63,262 nucleotides of DNA from Acidimicrobiia bacterium (lineage in GTDB: Bacteria; Actinomycetota; Acidimicrobiia; Spongiisociales; ZC4RG35). Position numbers and translations under genes: made by a program. Position 1 is the stretch's first letter; the number at the start of each line of letters is the position of its first letter. Below the pieces are notes generated by a model. That model did not search any database. It saw only the letters and a program-made list of their open reading frames with translations, and was not told where the DNA came from. The DNA lies in assembly GCA_035292605.1 (NCBI GenBank), contig DATDPT010000004.1, positions 1 to 63,262 on the forward strand, written 5' to 3'. Positions 15,934 to 24,513 of the stretch are shown one piece after another.

Positions 15934-17931
15934 TCATTCGGGCGAAGCGGCGATCATGTCGGCCTCGGCCACCGCACCCAGTCGCTCGAACTCCGCCAAT
16001 GCCGTCCTCAGCTCCATGTCCGCCAAGGTGCTCGCCCCGTCCTCGCGGTACGCACTGGCGAGATCGGCGTGGATCAGAGCCGCCTCGAAAGGCAGGCCGA
16101 GAGCATTGAACGTCTTCAACGCGTCTCTCAGGGCCTCCATCGCCTCAGCCGACTCTCCTCGCACCAAGGCAATCCTCCCGGCCCCGGCCCGCGCTTGGGC
16201 GGCGAACAGCTCCGACCGGGAAATCCGGCCGATCTCACGCAACTCCTCGACCCCGGTCTCTGCCTTGTCCAGCTCGCCGGCCTCGAGCGCAAGCTGGATG
16301 AGCGCAGGAAGGATCCGGGCCCGTGCCCAGGGGGTGAGACCGGGCGAACGCAGCGTCCGCTCGAGGAGATCGAGGCCGGAGGCGACATCACCGCGCCGTG
16401 CCAGGAGCACGGCGTATCCGGGCACCGGCTCACGGCCCCGGGTGAGTGCGTTCTGGAACGCCTCCTCGGCCTTGGTGTCGTCGCCGGCCCGCAGCCGCAT
16501 CTCCCCGTACTGATACCACGCCTCGCCGATCACGTCGGTGAGCATCCCCAGCTCGGTGGAGGCTCTCATCACCTCTGACTCGGCCTTGACCCACTCGCCC
16601 TTGTGCCACAGCAGCTCCGCCTTGAAGATGCGGCACACACCGGGGTAGGGGCCATGGTCGTTCTCAGCGCACCAGCGGTCGGCTGCCTCGCTCCACTGGC
16701 CGGCACGCCGGATGTCTCCGGTCTGATCGCACACCGCCAGCATGTTGCAGAAGCTGCGGCCGACCACCATCGGAGTCACATCACCGGCCATGGCGGCAAG
16801 CATGGCCTCGTCCATGAGAGCCATGCCCTCTTCCATCTCCCCCTTGGCCACCAGGATTCGCCCCTGATCCTGAAGGGCCAGGGCCTCGAGATTCCCATCG
16901 CCCTGGGCCCTGGCGATCTCCATCACCCGGCGCGACAGTCCGACGGCACGTTCGTAGTCATGGCCGCCATCGATCTCTCGCACCGTCTGCCAACGGAGCA
17001 GATGACCCCTGGCCACCGAGTCGGTGTCCGCATCATCCTCGAGCAGCCGTTCCGCCCTCCGCTCCCAGGCCCGGGACACGTCCGGCGCCAATGCGTGATT
17101 GTGAGCCTCGGAAAGCACCAGCGCCGCCATCGCCGCACTCTGTGGGTTCTCCTCGGTGAGGAATGTGTTGAACGCCGACTCGAAGCGGGCGGTCATCTCT
17201 TCGTGGCGCCCCAGCCACCAAAGGGCGTTGGCCAGCATGTCGTGCTGGGCGCCGGTGAGTGGCTGATCCTGTTCGATCCGGATCAGGAGATCCCGGGTCT
17301 CCTCCCATTTCTTGGCTTGAAAGGCGGCTCGGGCCTGGGCCGCCAACTGGGAGCTTTCCGGCTCGACCGTGCGGAGCGGGGAGAACTCCTCGGCGGTGTC
17401 GCCGACAACGACCTGGAAGATCTCTTCGGGGCGGTCGAGGTCCTTGAGGTGGTAGACACCGAGAGAACGCAGCCCGACACCATCGGGAAGGCTGTCGACC
17501 GACAGACGTTGGGTGGCCGACGAGACCAGGATCTGACCGCCATGCCCTGTCGCCATGAGTCGTGCCACCCGGTTCAGCGTGGGGCCCGAGTAGTCGCCGT
17601 CCTCGCTCCGGGCGGTCCCGGTGTGAATCCCGACCCGAACTCTGATTCCCGGATCGGTGGGCCAGGTTGCCTCGTTCAGAGCACGTTGGGCCTCTATCGC
17701 TGCCTCCAGCGCCGACACCGGGTCGGCGAAAGCGGCGTAGAAGGCATCGCCCACCGTCTTGAAGACAACCCCGCCGTGGGCAGCGAGGGCGTCACCGACG
17801 ATCTGGTTATGCACCGCCATTGCGGTCCGCATGGCTTCGGGTGTCTGTTCCCAATGCTGGGTCGAGCCTTCGATGTCGGTGAACAGGAAGGTGACCGCCC
17901 CATCGGGTAGGGGTCGACTCGGAGTGTTCAC
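15934..17931 (-). CDS. Adenylate/guanylate cyclase domain + TPR-repeat regulator (665 aa)
   Basis: GTG start. VTFLFTDIEGSTQHWE...FKTVGDAFYAAF...VRVGIHTG is a class III cyclase domain, followed by about 450 aa of TPR-like helical repeats. Confidence 0.85.
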   Translation of the reverse strand: MNTPSRPLPDGAVTFLFTDIEGSTQHWEQTPEAMRTAMAVHNQIVGDALAAHGGVVFKTVGDAFYAAFADPVSALEAAIEAQRALNEATWPTDPGIRVRVGIHTGTARSEDGDYSGPTLNRVARLMATGHGGQILVSSATQRLSVDSLPDGVGLRSLGVYHLKDLDRPEEIFQVVVGDTAEEFSPLRTVEPESSQLAAQARAAFQAKKWEETRDLLIRIEQDQPLTGAQHDMLANALWWLGRHEEMTARFESAFNTFLTEENPQSAAMAALVLSEAHNHALAPDVSRAWERRAERLLEDDADTDSVARGHLLRWQTVREIDGGHDYERAVGLSRRVMEIARAQGDGNLEALALQDQGRILVAKGEMEEGMALMDEAMLAAMAGDVTPMVVGRSFCNMLAVCDQTGDIRRAGQWSEAADRWCAENDHGPYPGVCRIFKAELLWHKGEWVKAESEVMRASTELGMLTDVIGEAWYQYGEMRLRAGDDTKAEEAFQNALTRGREPVPGYAVLLARRGDVASGLDLLERTLRSPGLTPWARARILPALIQLALEAGELDKAETGVEELREIGRISRSELFAAQARAGAGRIALVRGESAEAMEALRDALKTFNALGLPFEAALIHADLASAYREDGASTLADMELRTALAEFERLGAVAEADMIAASPE

Positions 17932-18273
17932 CCATGCGAATCTATACGGCTACCGCTGGTCAGAACGTCTGAGATGGCCGGGCTCGTCGAACACCCGTCT
18001 TGGCAGTGCTCGCCTCGACTCGGTGCCCACACGAGGACGAAGTCAGCGATCTGCTCCTAGCCGCGGATCCGGTGCGCCTGCCTCCACTGTATGGTGCAAC
18101 GGTTCTCCCCTGGTTACCTTCGGCGCGCTATGCCTTACGGGGAACAGGCCACTCGAAGAGGGCCGCCGGATGGTCAGTTCTGGCGGTACTCTCAGATCCT
18201 CAGTCCTCTTTCACCGACGACCCAATCTCGAAGAATTAGAGGTAAGCCTGAGAAGTACCACGGAGGTGGACGA

Positions 18274-18744
18274 ATGGCCAAAGGAAGCCCAAGCTATGCC
18301 GAGGCGCGGAACAGGCTCATAAGCGCCACCGCATCTCTACGGATCTACGGTGTCCCGCTTGACGGCGCCGAAGACGCCGACCGGTATCAAGTCTTTCGGT
18401 TATGCGGTTGGGGGATTGGTGTGGATGAGCGCCAGGAGGGTTCAGATCGGATCCTTCGCGTCAGGAAGGACCAAGTGACTGCCTCGGGCGAAGTTCCCGG
18501 CTTCGAACATCGCGGCCACCAAGTGCATTGGTATGAGGTTGATATGGGCGCTCATCTAGTGGAGGAGTTGTATGTGAGCATCCCGGCCTCGCAGATCGTA
18601 CCGATTCGGTTCGGCGGAGTGGTTGCTCAGATTCCTGTCACGATCGACCCAAATGGCCCGCGGCCGACCGAGACACCCCCTGGAACGATCGAGCCAAATG
18701 GGCCGCGGCCGACCGGGGCACCACCGGGCACTATTACCCCATAA
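18274..18744 (+). CDS. Hypothetical protein ending in a Pro/Thr-rich tandem repeat
   Basis: I prefer the ATG at 18274 (MAKGSPSYAE...), which is preceded by GGAGGTGGA, over the track start 18091. The C-terminus is DPNGPRPTETPPGT-IEPNGPRPTGAPPGT-ITP. I see no signal peptide. Confidence 0.5.
   Translation: MAKGSPSYAEARNRLISATASLRIYGVPLDGAEDADRYQVFRLCGWGIGVDERQEGSDRILRVRKDQVTASGEVPGFEHRGHQVHWYEVDMGAHLVEELYVSIPASQIVPIRFGGVVAQIPVTIDPNGPRPTETPPGTIEPNGPRPTGAPPGTITP
18643..18732 (+). repeat. 2 x 45-bp in-frame tandem repeat
   Basis: atcgacccaaatggcccgcggccgaccgagacaccccctggaacg / atcgagccaaatgggccgcggccgaccggggcaccaccgggcact, read directly. It encodes the PNGPRPT..PPGT units. Confidence 0.85.
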
Positions 18745-18828
18745 AGCCTCCGGTTGCCGCAGAATCAACCAGATCATTCGCGTGAGGGTCCTGACGCGTC
18801 GCCATCGAAGGTGCGTCTCTGAAATCGG

Positions 18829-19833
18829 ATGACTGATCAGCGTCTGAATCCCAGGGAACCTCCGCACCGATCTAGGTCAGCCGTGGCGACACTGTCGGAC
18901 TCATACTCAGAAGGAGTGATCGACCCTGATCCCTATGTCTTTGAGACCGTTGGAACGGTTAGCGTCGTCATCCCATCGATGAACGAGGGTGACAACCTCC
19001 TCGCGACCGTCTCTTCCATTGTGGACAACAGCTTCTATCCCGCATTCGAGGTGGTCGTTGTGGATGACGGCTCGACGGATGGCAGTGCCGACGAAGTAGA
19101 TCATGCCCACAGATCCGATCCCAGAGTCCGCGTACTTAAAACAGCGGGGATGGGTGTTGGTCGAGCGAGGAACTGGGGTGCTCTTCACGCCCGCGGAGAT
19201 GTGGTGATCTTCATCGATGCCCATTGCTACACCCCCCCTGGTTGGATGACGAGGCTCGTGGCTCCGCTGCAGAATCCGTCTGTGGGTCTTGTCGGCCCGG
19301 CCCTGGCCAGCGTCACCAATCCAGGCGGAAGCAAGGGGTACGGATTGACGTGGGATGACCCCAGTCTCTTGATGAGATGGCTTCCGGCCAGCCACGATGT
19401 TCCCTATCCAGTCCCCCTGTTGTGTGGCGCCTGTCAAGCGGTGAGGAGGTCCGACTTCATGCGAGTCGGGTCCTTTGACGCTGGGATGACGCGATGGGGC
19501 AGCGAAGACCATGAGCTCAGTCTTCGGTTCTGGCTCATGGGTTACGCAGTTCTGGTTCAACCCCAAGTCTCGGTCTACCACCTGTTTCGCGATCACCACC
19601 CGTATCACGTCGATTGGTACGGGGTGTTGTTCAACATTCTGAGAATGACCTTGCTACATCTGCGATTGGACCGCGCTCAAGCGGTTCTCGATCATTACCG
19701 CGAATTGACCGAGCTTCCTTCCAGCCTTCATGCCGTTCTTGGCAGTGATGTGCTGGTTCGTAGGGCGCAGCTGTCCCGTGCCCGTGTCCGGACCGACGAC
19801 TGGTGGTTCTCCGAATTCGGTGTCTGGACCTGA
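18829..19833 (+). CDS. GT-A glycosyltransferase (family 2/27-like) resembling the catalytic domain of polypeptide GalNAc-transferases
   Basis: VSVVIPSMNEG...EVVVVDDGSTDGS is the GT-A start. FIDAHC is a DxH motif. RWGSEDHELSLRFWLMGY compares with the Gal/GalNAc-T motif WGGENLEISFRVWQCGG, and VYHLFRDHHPY with VGHVFRKQHPY. No TM segment, signal peptide or lectin domain. Confidence 0.85.
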   Translation: MTDQRLNPREPPHRSRSAVATLSDSYSEGVIDPDPYVFETVGTVSVVIPSMNEGDNLLATVSSIVDNSFYPAFEVVVVDDGSTDGSADEVDHAHRSDPRVRVLKTAGMGVGRARNWGALHARGDVVIFIDAHCYTPPGWMTRLVAPLQNPSVGLVGPALASVTNPGGSKGYGLTWDDPSLLMRWLPASHDVPYPVPLLCGACQAVRRSDFMRVGSFDAGMTRWGSEDHELSLRFWLMGYAVLVQPQVSVYHLFRDHHPYHVDWYGVLFNILRMTLLHLRLDRAQAVLDHYRELTELPSSLHAVLGSDVLVRRAQLSRARVRTDDWWFSEFGVWT

Positions 19834-19966
19834 CGAACCACTCTGAAGCCCGGCGGTTCGCTCGGATTCGTGGCTGTCACCGGACGAGCTTGGTCGATGA
19901 CAGGCCTCGAACTTCGGCAGGTGACCGCACATCGTGGAGCAGATGCCGCCGTCGGAGCCGCGTCGC

Positions 19967-22285
19967 TCATGCATCGAGCCCGCTTCCCGACTCCCCCTCG
20001 GCCGGGGCTACCTCGCGGGTCGGGTCGTTGGCCAGGGCTTGCTCGGCGGCCCAGAATCCCAGTGCTCGATAGGCCTCGAACTGCTGGTGATCGAAGTTCT
20101 GGTTTATCGTCGAGTCGTTGGGGAAGCGGGCGTCGGCCTCCCAATGCGACCGAACCTGCCAGGGGGTGCTCGCGGTGACGCCGGTCTGGATGTAGCAGAT
20201 GTTGCCCTTCCGCTCCACGCCGTTTTCGTCCATGCGGTAGGTGAACTTGCCCCAGGCATAAGGCCGGCTGAGAAGCACCCCACCCCTGGCTTCGAGAGTG
20301 CGCCGGCGTCGCCAAGGCAGCATGAGCTGCGCCTCAACGTATCCCGCAGCGGCGTCGGCGTCGAGGGGCCGCATCTCGTGCAGGTTGATATCGAAGCGAA
20401 CCCCGAATTCGGCCATAGCGAGGGCCATCGCCTCTCCCAGCGTTGTAAAGACGCCGGGCTCAGCACCCGATCCATCGATGACGTAGATCGTCGTGCAACT
20501 CCTTCGCAAGAGCTCGACCAGGCCCAGGTTGTCGAAATGGCCCCCATCGGTGACGTACAGGAAACGATCCCGAATCGAGTGAATGGCGAAGATCTCCTTG
20601 AATAGGTATGACAGTCGGGGGCGCTCGAACCAGGGGTCATCGAGATCGGAGTCAACGAGGCTGCCCATCCATTGCGGGTTGGGCAGCCAAACTCCGAGTC
20701 GTACATTGGCGATCGCAAGGAACGAAGTGAGCCACCATCGGCTCCGCTTGCCCATGGCTGGAGACAGAGCGGCGCCAGAGATGGCGAGGGCTGCCGGAAC
20801 GGTGACATCGCGTCGCCTGACCTTGGAGTCCAGACGGTCGCGGTAGACCTTCGCGTCCATTTCCTTGATCTCGGGGTGGGGGCTTCCTATCCGGTCGCCG
20901 CTGAAGATGAATGGCGCTGCCCGCAGACTCGGTGCTGCCTTGGCTGTGTCGTAGATGTTGGCGGCGGCGCACGAGATGAAGCAAGGACCGGCGATTCCCC
21001 GCTGGTCGAGCTCCTCCCGGCCGAGAAAGTCAGTGACCTGGCCCCACGGGATCTCCCTGGCAGCCCTGTCTTCCACGCGTTCGACCGCGAACGCGTGGGC
21101 CAGCCGCCGTTTGTAGAAAGGATGCATCGACCAGGACCGCTGGTCGCTCACCAGCCATACGAGCGCGAGGACGACCGTCAAGGCCAGCCAGAGCGCTGGT
21201 TCAGGAAAGGTGATCATTCCCAACGGCGACGCATGGCCGGCGACGCCGTGCACGAGGGCGCCGTGGACGACCGCGGAAAGAGCCCATAAGAGCAAGAGAG
21301 GAACCACGAGGGCGGTCGCGATAACACCCCACCAGGTGGGTTCCACCGCGGCCAGCTGCTTCCGAACAGCCGTGGTGATGAAGGCGAATGCCCCACCCGC
21401 GGCAAAGAGCGCCAGCAGCCCTGTCGGCTCGTCCTGACCGACCCGATCAACCGTGAGAAATTCCGGGAGCAAGGCCGGGAGGCGGTCGTAGAAGAGCCAG
21501 ACCGAAAAGGGGAGAACAACAAGGACGACAAAGGCCGTGGTGGCCACCCACATCATGGCAGCCACGAAGAGCAGCCACTGCTCGTACCTGTTGTCGTCGT
21601 TCGTGATCATCGAAGTCAGCGACAGGAGTCCGCTTAAGAACGCGAGACCAAGGGGGAGAAGAATGGCGATCCAGTGGGCCGGTGACAGAGTGAAGTGGAT
21701 GCCTCCGTCGGTGACGAACCCCGGAGTCATCACCTCATATAGGAACCACCCAACCGGGCGGAGGATGACGAAGAGGCCGAGAAAGACGAGAGCCGCGTTG
21801 ACAGAGATGCCGAGGATCAGGCGGCCGAGAAGCCGCATCTTTTGCCTCATCGAGTACGAGAGGAAGGCGCTCCGCTTCCGGATCCACTCCTCCTCCGGAG
21901 TTCCGGCCGCCAGCGGTGGAGCTTGAGTGCCGGCGGTGCCGGGGGGGGAAGCGAACACGCCACGTGAGCGGGTCATCTCATAGGCCCCAGCCAGATATCC
22001 ACCCCCGGACACTGCGCTCAGGAACCGAGCGCCGCCGGGCGGACCAACGATGCCCCCCTCCTGAAGAGCCTGGAGGGCGCCCATGGCGACCGAGGCCGAC
22101 CGGATCCCTCCGCCCGAGAAGCAGACACCGATGCGCTCTTCGTCCACTTCCGGTGGGGCTTCCACCTGCGACTGGACGATCTGTTGCTCCCACCCACCGG
22201 ACTTGGCGAGGTCGATCCCAAGGAGCTTCGTCGAGGCCTTCGACGACTCGTCGGGCCGCACCTCATAGTCGCTCGACTCAGCCAT
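19967..22285 (-). CDS. cPLA2/patatin-like serine lipase with a polytopic membrane insertion inside the catalytic domain
   Basis: GVCFSGGGIRSA is a GGGxR oxyanion motif. FLSAVSGGGYLAG is the nucleophile-elbow region. About 240 aa of hydrophobic helices follow (LILGISVNAALVFLGLFVIL ... LWLALTVVLALVWLV). Then YVTDGGHFDNLGLVELLRR supplies the catalytic Asp motif. Confidence 0.8.
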   Translation of the reverse strand: MAESSDYEVRPDESSKASTKLLGIDLAKSGGWEQQIVQSQVEAPPEVDEERIGVCFSGGGIRSASVAMGALQALQEGGIVGPPGGARFLSAVSGGGYLAGAYEMTRSRGVFASPPGTAGTQAPPLAAGTPEEEWIRKRSAFLSYSMRQKMRLLGRLILGISVNAALVFLGLFVILRPVGWFLYEVMTPGFVTDGGIHFTLSPAHWIAILLPLGLAFLSGLLSLTSMITNDDNRYEQWLLFVAAMMWVATTAFVVLVVLPFSVWLFYDRLPALLPEFLTVDRVGQDEPTGLLALFAAGGAFAFITTAVRKQLAAVEPTWWGVIATALVVPLLLLWALSAVVHGALVHGVAGHASPLGMITFPEPALWLALTVVLALVWLVSDQRSWSMHPFYKRRLAHAFAVERVEDRAAREIPWGQVTDFLGREELDQRGIAGPCFISCAAANIYDTAKAAPSLRAAPFIFSGDRIGSPHPEIKEMDAKVYRDRLDSKVRRRDVTVPAALAISGAALSPAMGKRSRWWLTSFLAIANVRLGVWLPNPQWMGSLVDSDLDDPWFERPRLSYLFKEIFAIHSIRDRFLYVTDGGHFDNLGLVELLRRSCTTIYVIDGSGAEPGVFTTLGEAMALAMAEFGVRFDINLHEMRPLDADAAAGYVEAQLMLPWRRRRTLEARGGVLLSRPYAWGKFTYRMDENGVERKGNICYIQTGVTASTPWQVRSHWEADARFPNDSTINQNFDHQQFEAYRALGFWAAEQALANDPTREVAPAEGESGSGLDA

Positions 22286-22931
22286 CGCCGTCGTTCACTG
22301 ATTGTGCCGTCACCCGGGGTCGGGGGAGATCCTGGAGCTGGAGATTGCGGGGCAACACCCGGCGCATGATCGGGTGACGCCACAACAGCCACAGGAGGCC
22401 GGGTAGGGAGTAGAGGACAATCATCCCCAGCCCGACATACTTGGCAGCGGAGAAGCCGCTGATGGCAGAGACGACACCAGAGGAGACCTGGGCGGCGGTC
22501 GTGGGGAATGGCTCCTCGCTGAGGATCGTGAAAGTAAGGAGGTTCTCGACCTCGTCGAGGACCCCAACCAACAGCGCGACGAAGAGAAAACCGGCCCCCA
22601 TGCGCAGGCCTTGGGGGACGACATAAAAGCGTTGTTGTGCGATCTTCACCGAGGTATAGGCAAGCGCGGTGTAGAGGGGAACATAGAGAAGGAGATCGAT
22701 CATCAGGTCTCTGCGCATGTCGTCGGGAGCGGTGACTGACGCCAGTACCTGAGCGGCGCGCTCTGGGGTAACGGCAAACTGCAGGTCGAGTGCCGCGCCC
22801 CCATCCCCAATCCAGACACCGACCGACACGGTCGCGGCCGCCAACGCCCACCATGCGATGCTGAGTCGTCTGAACCGCTGCCGTTCACGCTTGGTCGTCG
22901 AGTGAGCTATGTCGGTCATCTCATTACCCAC
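22278..22931 (-). CDS. Hypothetical integral membrane protein (operon partner of the lipase)
   Basis: Several hydrophobic helices (LSIAWWALAAATVSVGVWI, MIDLLLYVPLYTALAY, GFLFVALLVGVL, GLGMIVLYSLPGLLWLLW). Its stop overlaps the lipase start by 8 nt. Confidence 0.6.
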   Translation of the reverse strand: MGNEMTDIAHSTTKRERQRFRRLSIAWWALAAATVSVGVWIGDGGAALDLQFAVTPERAAQVLASVTAPDDMRRDLMIDLLLYVPLYTALAYTSVKIAQQRFYVVPQGLRMGAGFLFVALLVGVLDEVENLLTFTILSEEPFPTTAAQVSSGVVSAISGFSAAKYVGLGMIVLYSLPGLLWLLWRHPIMRRVLPRNLQLQDLPRPRVTAQSVNDGDG

Positions 22932-23041
22932 TCGACCTACAACGCGCCTTGCTCATGCGACCGGAAGGCATGCATTCGGTTGTGGATCAATTCGCCCTCC
23001 ATCGGCGGAACGTCCGAAGCGACGGCATCCAAGTATCCGTC

Positions 23042-23803
23042 TCACCGGGGGCTCGCCGGCTCGGCCCACAATCCGCGATACGTCCATGTGTACTTCGCGC
23101 CAGAGGCAAAGACCGCCGAGTCGAACTCCATGCCTGCATCGGGCCACACTCCGTCGAGCCAGCTGAAGTCCACGGTCGCGTCCATCGGCTGGTAGGCGAT
23201 GTCCTCCTTATGAAGGTCCACGCGCGCGAGTGTGTCGGGGAGAACCGACGGCGTGTAGCTCGAGACGCCTCCTTTGATGAAGTCGGCGAAGTCATCAATA
23301 GACCCGAACACCTCGGAGCCCAACTGTTGAGTCGGAGACGTTTCCCCGGAGAACAGCGGCTGACCGTCCATGTAGCGCAGCTGAATCTTTGTCCCATGAG
23401 GCGTCTGCTCGATACTTGCCTTTAGGGCGGGAATAGCGTCTGCAAAAACAAGAGGCGCGGTACGAATAATGATCGGGAGGTCGGCATTGCGATCGGTTAT
23501 GTAGACCGACGGTTCGGGAACATCACCAGATAAGTCCATCACCCCGATGCGATATGCGCATGAGATGGTGGAGAAATTGAAAAGCGCCGGAAACGGCCAG
23601 ATAGTGATTCTCTCGAGTCTCAGTATGCAGAAGGAAAGAGCACTCCATCCGTTTATGATCTGCGGCGCGAGCCATTTCACGGGGAGATGGCGCGCAAGCG
23701 CGTCTGGGCGCACCCGAAAATTGAAAATGTATCGTTCGCGCATCTGGGCGACAACGGAACGCGGAATCGAAGGGCCTCGCTTCTGGGGCTTCATCGGGTG
23801 CAC
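23042..23803 (-). CDS. Hypothetical protein, DUF2071-like (tentative)
   Basis: YIFNFRVRPDALARHLP..WLAPQIINGWSALSFCILRLE resembles the N-terminal DUF2071 pattern (hW.Vdp..L...lP.gl.ld.f.G.awvsvv.F.m) as I remember it. Its 5' half lies in the most A/T-rich part of the window. Confidence 0.45.
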   Translation of the reverse strand: MHPMKPQKRGPSIPRSVVAQMRERYIFNFRVRPDALARHLPVKWLAPQIINGWSALSFCILRLERITIWPFPALFNFSTISCAYRIGVMDLSGDVPEPSVYITDRNADLPIIIRTAPLVFADAIPALKASIEQTPHGTKIQLRYMDGQPLFSGETSPTQQLGSEVFGSIDDFADFIKGGVSSYTPSVLPDTLARVDLHKEDIAYQPMDATVDFSWLDGVWPDAGMEFDSAVFASGAKYTWTYRGLWAEPASPR

Positions 23804-24111
23804 TCCATCTGGACTGAACTCTTTGTCCCGCGATCTGATCTTGGAACCGGCCGTGGCGTGCCTTCAACGACCTGTCGGAAAGTCATTCTGCTCCTCTTCG
23901 AGATTCATCGACAGAACTGCCTATCTGGGGCCGTACACGGCATTAGGTACCGTTCTACCGATAGTCCTAAGACACGTCAATCGCGCCCGTAGTTAATGGT
24001 CGGCCAATAAGTCACGCGTCCCGCCAGTCCCCTCAGGCAGAATACGGCCTATTCTTATAGATGGCGCGTCGCCCGTCGGGACAAACGGCGCGTTGGAGGA
24101 GTGTGCCAGTC

Positions 24112-24513
24112 ATGAGCGACCGGTCTGATGTCAAGGAGTCGATTGGGCGCGACGACGGTGACCCACCGTCCGACAGGTTTGCGATTCGGATTGAGGTCAC
24201 ACGCGAGTCGTTCAACAAACTCCTACGCGAATACGATCTCGACGTTGGCGATCGTCCTTTGGTGGAGCCAAAGGCGGAGGGAGCCGGCACACTCTTGGCG
24301 TTCGCGCCCGCGAGCCAGATCAAAGAACTCGAGGCTGCGGGATACCGAGTGGAGGTTGGAGAGAACATCTCTGAGATCGGCCGGCAGCGCCAAGCCGAAG
24401 TGGGTGAAGGCGACCGATTCGAAGGTGGCCGCGTTGCTCCGCTTGGCCTCGGAATGAAACCGGGACAGAAACGTGGCGGTACCGGACCGGGCACGGACGA
24501 GCCAGAACGATGA
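24112..24513 (+). CDS. Small protein resembling an M14 procarboxypeptidase activation segment (prodomain) encoded separately
   Basis: I prefer the ATG at 24112 (GGAGGAG lies 10 nt upstream) over 24061. FAIRIEVTRESFNKLLREYDLDVGD...TLLAFAPASQIKELEAAGYRVEVGENISE follows the beta-alpha-beta-beta-alpha-beta spacing pattern of M14A propeptides, judged by eye. Its stop overlaps the carboxypeptidase ATG (ATGA). Confidence 0.45.
   Translation: MSDRSDVKESIGRDDGDPPSDRFAIRIEVTRESFNKLLREYDLDVGDRPLVEPKAEGAGTLLAFAPASQIKELEAAGYRVEVGENISEIGRQRQAEVGEGDRFEGGRVAPLGLGMKPGQKRGGTGPGTDEPER

Noticed and set aside
18000-18239. 79-aa plus-strand ORF in the intergenic leader.
   Set aside because: It has no SD and no motifs, and its composition resembles non-coding translation. 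It lies in the untranslated region upstream of the SD-supported start at 18274.
17932-18273. Possible riboswitch (cobalamin-like GGTGCAA ... GGGGAACAGGCCACTCG) in the 342-bp gene-free leader.
   Set aside because: The order and spacing of the elements do not match the cobalamin consensus as I remember it (GGGAA before GGTG, B12 box GCCACTG after). I could not build the required pairings by eye. A covariance-model scan (Rfam/Infernal) would be decisive.
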